Shown one piece after another: positions 39,362 to 45,664 of a stretch of 64,000 nucleotides of DNA. Under the pieces are notes generated by a model. It had not been told where the DNA came from, searched no databases, and worked only from the letters and a program-made list of their open reading frames with translations. Source of the DNA: an uncultured Candidatus Saccharibacteria bacterium (GTDB lineage Bacteria; Patescibacteriota; Saccharimonadia; UBA4664; CAZJNH01); assembly GCA_964547425.1 (NCBI GenBank), contig CAZJNH010000006.1:6095-70094 (forward strand), given 5' to 3'. The first letter of the stretch is position 1; every line of letters starts with the position of its first letter. The translations under genes were made by a program, and so were the position numbers.

Positions 39362-39390
39362 TTGACAAAAGGCTTATGTTTGTGTATAGT
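39362..39390 (+). promoter_or_regulatory. sigma70 promoter
   Basis: TTGACA-17-TATAGT. Confidence 0.7.
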
Positions 39391-39488
39391 TATTGCTCAA
39401 TTCCAGTTCGTATGAACTGGTGTCCGCCTAGGCGGAAACGGCGAAGATTCCGACGCCCATTCGGGATTGTTCAGAAAGGAGCAGTCGT

Positions 39489-39806
39489 ATGACTGCCGCA
39501 ACGCTTCGCAGCACGATGCCTCTTCGCAGAGGCCCGTGGAGCTACGCCATCGTCTCCGGCCCCTCTCGCGAGGAGCTGTTCGATGCCCTCCGTTTGAGCG
39601 AGGAGAACCGCAAGGTCAAACTCGTGATTACGTACTGCAAGCCGGGAGAGGTTGGCGCCGAAGTCGAGATCCTGGTCTACATCGACCAGATCGGGCGCGC
39701 CAACAACTTCGGATCGGCCTGGGTGTTCCATGCCACGCTCGGCGATCAACCGCTCATCGGGTCATACAACACCCAAAAGCGCCTCGGTACGATCGCACCG
39801 AGCTAG
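39489..39806 (+). CDS. Hypothetical protein, apparent paralog of 32508-33017
   Basis: AAGGAG RBS; IVSGPS.EEL and GSYNT.KRLG motifs. Confidence 0.65.
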   Translation: MTAATLRSTMPLRRGPWSYAIVSGPSREELFDALRLSEENRKVKLVITYCKPGEVGAEVEILVYIDQIGRANNFGSAWVFHATLGDQPLIGSYNTQKRLGTIAPS

Positions 39807-39859
39807 AGCCCGCAACAAGCTTCAAAAGTTGGAGCCGCAGTTGCGGGCTCCTTCTTTTT
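39781..39859 (+). repeat. 79-bp direct repeat copy 1 (gene end plus terminator)
   Basis: Matches 40252-40330 with 3 mismatches. Confidence 0.92.
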
Positions 39860-39935
39860 GTACCTAGACAGCATCTGACAAGAGTTTTATAATATGCGGC
39901 AGCTTTTCGTTATTGTCTTGGCGAAAGGAGCACGA

Positions 39936-40250
39936 GTGAAACTCAAGCAGCACTTTGGGCAAACGGCGGTCGGTCTGATGTTGATCAGCATGACTGCCTG
40001 GATGGGTACCATCCTCCTGGCACTGGGTGTCGAAAAGGGTCACTTCGAACGTCAGGCAACGCTGCCGTACCTCCTCCTTTTCTTCGGTTTCGCGGTCATC
40101 ACCGAGATGGGGATGATCGCGGTCGAGTGCCAGGCAGGCGTTCACAACGTGATCGCCCGAAAGCACAACAAGAAGCTTCCGCCTTGGGAGCGGCCGGGCT
40201 GGCGTTGGTCAGCCAAGGACATCGACGAGTGGTACGCACAGTACCACTAG
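39936..40250 (+). CDS. Two-TM hypothetical protein
   Basis: TAGACA-17-TATAAT promoter at 39865-39893, AAGGAG RBS, GTG start. Confidence 0.6.
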   Translation: MKLKQHFGQTAVGLMLISMTAWMGTILLALGVEKGHFERQATLPYLLLFFGFAVITEMGMIAVECQAGVHNVIARKHNKKLPPWERPGWRWSAKDIDEWYAQYH

Positions 40251-40251
40251 A

Positions 40252-40330
40252 GCCTCTGTACGATCGCACCGAGCTAGAGCCCGCATCAAGCTTCAAAAGC
40301 TGGAGCCGCAGTTGCGGGCTCCTTCTTTTT
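40252..40330 (+). repeat. 79-bp direct repeat copy 2
   Basis: Matches 39781-39859. Confidence 0.92.
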
Positions 40331-40523
40331 ACTTACGGCCGTCGAGGTATTTGGCGGCGAAGCTCAGGGCGAATGAAGGCAGAATAATGAAAACCGAGGC
40401 CATTACCAGTCGCGTGAAGATCGAATTATCGTCGTGATGGGGTCAGGTTATAACCATTATTAGCCCAAAAACCCCAAACGCGACCGAAGACCCTATAAAG
40501 ATTCTGGTCGCCAGCTTTTGCAT
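40329..40523 (-). pseudogene. Two-TM small protein gene interrupted by an in-frame TGA
   Basis: MQKLATRIFIGSSVAFGVFGLIMVIT*PHHDDNSIFTRLVMASVFIILPSFALSFAAKYLDGRK. Confidence 0.55.
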
Positions 40524-40525
40524 GG

Positions 40526-40702
40526 TTATGGCTCCAATTCGGATAATTCTTTCAAATTCAGCAGTTTGTTCTTACTCATGAATTCAATCAAGGGTTTACC
40601 ACAATCCAGGCAAATATCATAGGCCCCAAAACCCACACCTAGGCTGATCGAGGCATCCCGTTTGATGGTCTTCTTGCAGATGTCACACTTGGTAACTGTC
40701 AT
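40526..40702 (-). CDS. 58-aa zinc-ribbon protein (not in ORF track)
   Basis: MTVTKCDICKK...YDICLDCGKP; AAGGAG RBS. Confidence 0.65.
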   Translation of the reverse strand: MTVTKCDICKKTIKRDASISLGVGFGAYDICLDCGKPLIEFMSKNKLLNLKELSELEP

Positions 40703-40712
40703 GAGTCTCCTT

Positions 40713-41051
40713 TCAATTTCTAATTTCTAGCTTTTTCTCGATGAACTTAATTCGCTTCTCATGGTCCCCGTAATCGTCGCTTGAGATCTTCAGCTTACTT
40801 TTTATGACGTTCAGGTTGCCGTCGATATTGTCGAATCGCTCGTCGACTTCAGTGAATCGCGAGTCAATCCTATCGAAACGCTGGTCTATCTCAGTAAATC
40901 TGGCGTCGATTTTGTCGAAACGCTCCTCGTGTTTCGCGTCATACTCCTCAAACGAATTATTTACCGCTGCAGCCAGACCTTCAATCTGCTTTTCAAGCGG
41001 ATCATGAACGACTTCCTTAATGGCTTGTAGGTCTTGGTTGGTCAGAGACAC
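40713..41051 (-). CDS. Heptad-repeat coiled-coil protein
   Basis: RFDKIDA RFTEIDQ RFDRIDS RFTEVDE RFDNIDG. Confidence 0.75.
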   Translation of the reverse strand: MSLTNQDLQAIKEVVHDPLEKQIEGLAAAVNNSFEEYDAKHEERFDKIDARFTEIDQRFDRIDSRFTEVDERFDNIDGNLNVIKSKLKISSDDYGDHEKRIKFIEKKLEIRN

Positions 41052-41102
41052 GTTTCCCTCGCTTTCGTATTAGTTTAGCCCGCCCGATGTCATAATTATA
41101 TC

Positions 41103-41117
41103 GAACAAGAAGCGAAC
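41103..41117. promoter_or_regulatory. Putative LexA/SOS box
   Basis: GAAC-aagaagc-GAAC adjacent to a minus-strand TATAAT. Confidence 0.55.
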
Positions 41118-41155
41118 AGGCAAGCCAGTCTAGTCACGGATCGACACGATTTGTC

Positions 41156-41184
41156 TTGACAAAACCCTTATGCTTTGGTATACT
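41156..41184 (+). promoter_or_regulatory. sigma70 promoter of the three-gene array
   Basis: TTGACA-17-TATACT. Confidence 0.75.
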
Positions 41185-41258
41185 AGTGCGATCCAATCAA
41201 CAGATTGGCGTCCCAAGAAATTCAAATACCCTTGTTTCACGATCGAAAGGAGCAGCAA

Positions 41259-41558
41259 TTGCGCCAGCACAAGCTGATGCAAAACGGCGTTCAGATCGGC
41301 GGCGGCATGTCGGACGTTGCGATTGTGGCCTTCAATGGCCCTCTCAACTGGATCGACGTCCAGCCCGCCGACCGAGAGACCATCGGCAACGAGCACTTCG
41401 AAGGTGCCGGGGTCTTCATGCAGGTCGCCGACCGGCGCGTCTGGCTGGAGCCCGAGGACGTCAGAGTCCTCGTCGAAAACCTCCAGCGGGCGAACCACGA
41501 GTTCTTCCGCCGTTGGCGAGAAGCCGATCCTGACCTGTTTGAGGACGAGAGCGCCTAG
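41259..41558 (+). CDS. Hypothetical protein (array gene 1)
   Basis: AAGGAG RBS with TTG start. Confidence 0.6.
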   Translation: MRQHKLMQNGVQIGGGMSDVAIVAFNGPLNWIDVQPADRETIGNEHFEGAGVFMQVADRRVWLEPEDVRVLVENLQRANHEFFRRWREADPDLFEDESA

Positions 41559-41602
41559 AGCGCGAAACAAGGGTGACGGCCTTGAGGCGCCTGCCTCGGC
41601 CT

Positions 41603-41677
41603 GAGGGGAGATGAACGCTCCCCTCCACCCTTAGGTTCTTGAGAAATCGAGAGCCTAAGGGTGGAAAATCTCCACCG
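41603..41677 (+). repeat. Double-hairpin intergenic element, copy 1
   Basis: 41626-41666 matches 42689-42729 at 40/41 nt. Confidence 0.85.
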
Positions 41678-41716
41678 AAGTACCTTGATGAATCACTCTG
41701 AAGGGAGTGACGTTAG

Positions 41717-41932
41717 ATGCAAGAGCGCTTTGGCGCTCGCTGGACGCCTTTGATGATTCTCGTCAACCTGATCGTGGTTGCGGGTATCGTCGGCCTCCTC
41801 TGGTCCATCTTCGGCGCTGACGCGCTGGTCTGGTGGCAGAGATGGCTAATCGGCTACGTTTCTTTGGCGGTAGCCGGCGGCCTTAGCTGGCAAGTCACGG
41901 TCGAAGAACCGGAGAACCGGCAGAACGCCTAA
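41717..41932 (+). CDS. Two-TM hypothetical protein (array gene 2)
   Basis: AAGGGAG RBS; two hydrophobic helices. Confidence 0.6.
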   Translation: MQERFGARWTPLMILVNLIVVAGIVGLLWSIFGADALVWWQRWLIGYVSLAVAGGLSWQVTVEEPENRQNA

Positions 41933-41949
41933 CGGCATCAAGGGAGCAA

Positions 41950-42025
41950 GCCCCGACAACGACGTCGGGGCCACCCTCAAGTTTTCACGAAGTTGAAAGT
42001 TTATGGGTGGATAATAATTCCATCG
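41950..42025 (+). repeat. Double-hairpin intergenic element, copy 2 (diverged)
   Basis: GCCCCGAC/GTCGGGGC followed by CCACCC...GGGTGGA. Confidence 0.65.
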
Positions 42026-42069
42026 TTCTTTTAGTTTCAAATACCTTGTTGCACGAACAGGGAGGGCAT

Positions 42070-42654
42070 ATGTACCGAGGCAAAGTGGTGCACTACGACC
42101 GCCGGGAGCGAAGCAATTACGGCTTTCTCCAGGCGCAGATCGACGGTCGCCGCCAGAAGGTGTTCTTTCACTTCGGCCGCGGCTGCCAGGTTGGGCTGAG
42201 GATCGTAGACAAGAGCGCCTGCGAGGCGCCTCAGCTGGATTCGTACAGTCGGCCCTCTCGAGAGCCTCAGATCGGCGACGAGCTGGTTTTCTGGCCCGTC
42301 ACGCTCCGCAAAGGACCGGCGGCGGACAGCTGGTGTTACGCCGAGGAATGGGACGAGGCCGAGCAGATCGCCCGAGTCAACAGTCTCACCTTCCGCTACA
42401 TCGAGACTACACAACTCGAACGCCGGCCGGCCGACGAGCCAGTAGTTAAGTGGGAGGGCTACAACACCCTGTCACTACTCGACGAGGTGCTACCTGAGAT
42501 CCAGGTAGTCTTCGACTCGAACGGCGAGTTCGTGGTCGAAAAGACCAAGCTCTGCCTGACTACCGGTCACTTCGAGCGCAAAACCAGCAGTGGCTGGCAC
42601 ACCTGCCAGATCGACCCCAGGATGGTCACCGAAGATGCCGGCGCGACGGCCTAG
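42070..42654 (+). CDS. Cold-shock/OB-fold-like protein (array gene 3)
   Basis: GKVVHY..YGFL..KVFFH, RNP1/RNP2-like motifs, KGPAA..W. Confidence 0.6.
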   Translation: MYRGKVVHYDRRERSNYGFLQAQIDGRRQKVFFHFGRGCQVGLRIVDKSACEAPQLDSYSRPSREPQIGDELVFWPVTLRKGPAADSWCYAEEWDEAEQIARVNSLTFRYIETTQLERRPADEPVVKWEGYNTLSLLDEVLPEIQVVFDSNGEFVVEKTKLCLTTGHFERKTSSGWHTCQIDPRMVTEDAGATA

Positions 42655-42664
42655 CAACAAGGTG

Positions 42665-42729
42665 CCCCGAGCCAGTACGGTTCGGGGACACCCTCAGGTT
42701 CTTGAGAAATCGAGAGCCTAAGGGTGGAA
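42665..42729 (+). repeat. Double-hairpin intergenic element, copy 3
   Basis: CCCCGAGCC/GGTTCGGGG followed by a 41-bp GAAA-capped hairpin. Confidence 0.85.
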
Positions 42730-42736
42730 CAATACC

Positions 42737-42764
42737 AAAAAGACCCCGAATTCGGGGTCTTTTT
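42737..42764. terminator. Bidirectional terminator
   Basis: AAAAAGACCCCG-aatt-CGGGGTCTTTTT. Confidence 0.85.
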
Positions 42765-42783
42765 GGGTGAAGTGGTAAATGAA

Positions 42784-43179
42784 CTATACTCGGCGCCTCA
42801 TGATCGCATCGATTAGGGCAACTACGAGGAACGCGAGTATGCCATAAACAACCATCGCCACTGCCGTGGTGGTCTCGAACGAGCCGGGGCCGGTGTTAAG
42901 CTGAACTCCTACGGCTCCGAAAAACGGGCTAATAAGTGGACGCGTAACTTGGTAGATAAAAGACACAAAGCCATTTTGCGGATTGGCCGCGAAAAGCCGT
43001 AAAAGCAACCGGACCAATAGGACGGTTTCGACTACTCCGGCTACCCAGAGTAACAGCGAAGCCAGAAACGACATTTCATCAACCACCGCCGTCTCGACAA
43101 AGCTGGTTTGAGAAGCTGGAATTGCCTCGTGGAACTCCTCGTCCCGGCGTTCAATTATCCTTCTGTGACGTTTGTTCAT
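42784..43179 (-). CDS. YggT-family membrane protein
   Basis: LLRLFAANP.NGFVSFIY.VT.PLISPF. Confidence 0.75.
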   Translation of the reverse strand: MNKRHRRIIERRDEEFHEAIPASQTSFVETAVVDEMSFLASLLLWVAGVVETVLLVRLLLRLFAANPQNGFVSFIYQVTRPLISPFFGAVGVQLNTGPGSFETTTAVAMVVYGILAFLVVALIDAIMRRRV

Positions 43180-43311
43180 ATCGCCTCCGCCTTTATTGCT
43201 CTGCGAGATTACCAGCACCACAATTTAAGATCTTTAGTTATAGTTCCAAACATCCGGCTAAGACTTGGTGTTTTGCCCAAATGAATAGGCGACCGCTGGC
43301 TTGCGGCCGCC

Positions 43312-43494
43312 CTATTGGGCAGCAAGGCCCTCTTCCATTAGTGTCCTGAACTCTTCGTGGCCTGCTTCGTACCGGAGCCTAACGAGCCTGCCAAGCAGTT
43401 CCTGGTCGGTTTCGACCGGTTCCAGCCAGCAACGCAATCGTTGCTGCAGACGTAGCTCCCGCTCGATCCTATCCCGATCCCTTTCGTGGTACAT
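43312..43494 (-). CDS. Small hypothetical protein
   Basis: TGATG coupling to the upstream ORF. Confidence 0.4.
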   Translation of the reverse strand: MYHERDRDRIERELRLQQRLRCWLEPVETDQELLGRLVRLRYEAGHEEFRTLMEEGLAAQ

Positions 43495-43682
43495 CAGAAC
43501 TCTTCCGAATAACTAGCGGCGATGATTCCGTCGAAGCTGGCCCTCTCTTCGAGGGTGAAATCTTCAACGTCATCGTCGTCCCAGTCCAAGCCGGAATCAG
43601 AAACGCTCCTGAACGACTGAACAACGGCCAAGACGATGAAGGCAACTACAGAGGCAACTCCGAGTAACAAGAGTAGAACCAT
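43494..43682 (-). CDS. Small single-TM acidic protein
   Basis: GGAGGAGG RBS before MVLLLLLG. Confidence 0.5.
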   Translation of the reverse strand: MVLLLLLGVASVVAFIVLAVVQSFRSVSDSGLDWDDDDVEDFTLEERASFDGIIAASYSEEF

Positions 43683-43743
43683 TGCCTGCCTCCTCCTGTC
43701 CTCGACTGCTTCGGTCAATTTGATTGTAACAGTTATGTTTGGC

Positions 43744-44916
43744 TTACGGGAAGGCGCAGAGGCCGGCTGGCGAGCTGGTCGTGCAGTAGTTGCGTGTCCA
43801 TGAGTTGCCGGTCGAATCGTCTTGGGCATCAAGTATTGTGTTGCCGTGCATCCGGTTTAAGTCTAACTTGACGCCGGTTACGCCTGATTCCAGGTGAATG
43901 CCGTCGGCCTGGTTGTTGTCCGACTGGTTGCGGTTAACCTGGTTGGCGCTACCACCCACCGAGCCAGCGGCCAGCAAAATCCCTTCGTAGGCGTTTCGGA
44001 GGATAGTGTTGCTGTCGATAAATAGCGCGGTGTTGGGTCCTCCTCCAAGATTGCGCACGCCCAGTCCGCCCCATTGCGTGTTGTCGTGGAGCTGGTTGCG
44101 GGTGATTTGGACGTTATCGTTAGCGCCTCCCAGAAAGATCATGAAGCCAAAGCTGCCGTTGGTAGCGTTGTTACTGTCGATCACGCTGTTGTCGGTGTTG
44201 TACCAGTTGGCCATACTGCCGGAGTTGTTTGAGGTGTTTCGGCTAAACCGAACGTTGCTGGTCACTCCCGAGAAGCCTGTTGAGGTAAAATCGGCGCTAT
44301 CGTTGCCGCTAAATGCGTTGGTGTCGACGAAGGCGTTTTGAACCTGGTCGGTGTAGATACCGCTGCCGCTAGCCGGTCCTGTGGCATTGTTGTTGCGGAT
44401 ATTGTTAAGCTGGACGATTTGCTGTTTGACCCCGTCGCCGCCCAGGTAAATACCTTCGGCGTTACCCTGGATGATATTGCGGCTGATTAAGGCACCGGAA
44501 GCACCGCTGATCAGGTTAACTCCGACGCTGGCTCCCTGAATCGTAAAGCCCAAGATACTGACGTTCGCAGCGTTAATTATGAAGTCGTTGGTGGTGCCAT
44601 CAACCACCGCCTCCTGGCTAGCCGGAACATTGCGGCCGCGGGCATCGTTTTGCTGCGGGCCCATTAAAAGTACCTGTTTGTTAACACTCACGTCCTCGTT
44701 GTAGGTAGCTGCCAGAACCTTGACCGTGCCGCCGGTGGCGACGGCGTTAACTCCGTCCTGGATAGTGCAGTACGGGTGAGCCGGCGTGCCGTCTTGGGCT
44801 AAGCCACAGTGCGCTTTATCGACGTAAACCAGACTTGGCGCGGCCAAGGCTAGCGCCGGCGAAATGATTGCACTTACCAAAACGGCTGCGATTAGTCTGG
44901 AAATCAATTTTTTCAT
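43744..44916 (-). CDS. Exported right-handed parallel beta-helix protein
   Basis: Signal peptide, PYCTIQDGV, Asn-ladder GI.L repeats. Confidence 0.8.
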   Translation of the reverse strand: MKKLISRLIAAVLVSAIISPALALAAPSLVYVDKAHCGLAQDGTPAHPYCTIQDGVNAVATGGTVKVLAATYNEDVSVNKQVLLMGPQQNDARGRNVPASQEAVVDGTTNDFIINAANVSILGFTIQGASVGVNLISGASGALISRNIIQGNAEGIYLGGDGVKQQIVQLNNIRNNNATGPASGSGIYTDQVQNAFVDTNAFSGNDSADFTSTGFSGVTSNVRFSRNTSNNSGSMANWYNTDNSVIDSNNATNGSFGFMIFLGGANDNVQITRNQLHDNTQWGGLGVRNLGGGPNTALFIDSNTILRNAYEGILLAAGSVGGSANQVNRNQSDNNQADGIHLESGVTGVKLDLNRMHGNTILDAQDDSTGNSWTRNYCTTSSPAGLCAFP

Positions 44917-45029
44917 CAGGAAACCCTCGGTTAATAACTATCTGGATTATACCTGTTGGCTACTGATCGTCTTTGTGCAGACACACAAAGAAAAAGGCGG
45001 CCGGGATTAAGCGTCCCGACCGCCTCGAA

Positions 45030-45215
45030 TTAACGCCTTTGTAGTACGTGGTACTCGGTCGTAGTACCAGGCTCGTCGTTGGTCTTGGCGCGTAGCTTTT
45101 CGACTCTACGATCAGCCCGTTTCTCAGACCAGTGCCGGCTTTTGGCCTGCAAACTGTCGGGCCGGTGTCCCTTTTTGCCCCAAACGATCACGACTATCTG
45201 CCACTTGCGCCTCAT
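45030..45215 (-). CDS. Small basic hypothetical protein
   Basis: ATGA coupling to the upstream ORF; terminator at 44991-45025. Confidence 0.45.
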   Translation of the reverse strand: MRRKWQIVVIVWGKKGHRPDSLQAKSRHWSEKRADRRVEKLRAKTNDEPGTTTEYHVLQRR

Positions 45216-45547
45216 ACCGCCGCCTTTTTGCTGAACGCGCCCGGTTCGATGAGTTCGAAGAACGCCATCAACCGGTACATCAGCTCGTCGAACGCCGGTC
45301 CTGGATTACGGACCAGCATCGTCTCGTGCACGATCACCCAGCGCAGCCGCGACTCCCGCAGCTCGTCCATTGTGATCGGGTGCGGCCAGATGTCTTGCCG
45401 CTGCAGCGTCCGAATGGCGCCGCCCAGCGTCCAGCAGCTGATTAGCAGCCGGATCTGCCCCTCCGGACCGGTTATGGCAATGTGCCATCGGCGAAAAACC
45501 GGGCCGGTAAACGCACTCATCAACTGCTCGTAGCGGTTGGCCTTCAA
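45212..45547 (-). CDS. Hypothetical protein
   Basis: AGGAGG RBS, TTG start, TATAAT upstream. Confidence 0.55.
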   Translation of the reverse strand: MKANRYEQLMSAFTGPVFRRWHIAITGPEGQIRLLISCWTLGGAIRTLQRQDIWPHPITMDELRESRLRWVIVHETMLVRNPGPAFDELMYRLMAFFELIEPGAFSKKAAV

Positions 45548-45599
45548 AGTACCTCCTGACCTGTCAAAGAGTGGCTAGATTATAACGATTAACCTGAAT

Positions 45600-45658
45600 A
45601 GGGTCTAACCCTTTTTCGTCTCAAAATGGATTGCTTAGATTGTATAGGGTTAGACCCT
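45600..45658 (+). repeat. 59-bp element, copy B
   Basis: AGGGTCTAACCCT-TTTTCGTCT-15 nt-AGATTGTAT-AGGGTTAGACCCT, 6 nt after the fusA stop. Confidence 0.85.
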
Positions 45659-45664
45659 GGATAG

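Noticed and set aside
40443-40445. Genetic code 25 (TGA=Gly)
   Set aside because: Ribosomal genes terminate at TGA with ATGA coupling, and long core genes have no internal TGA
40810-40930. 21-nt periodic DNA as a repeat array
   Set aside because: Explained by RF..ID heptads of a coiled-coil protein
39400-45600. Prophage
   Set aside because: No integrase, terminase, capsid or tail genes; the orphans are separate small transcription units
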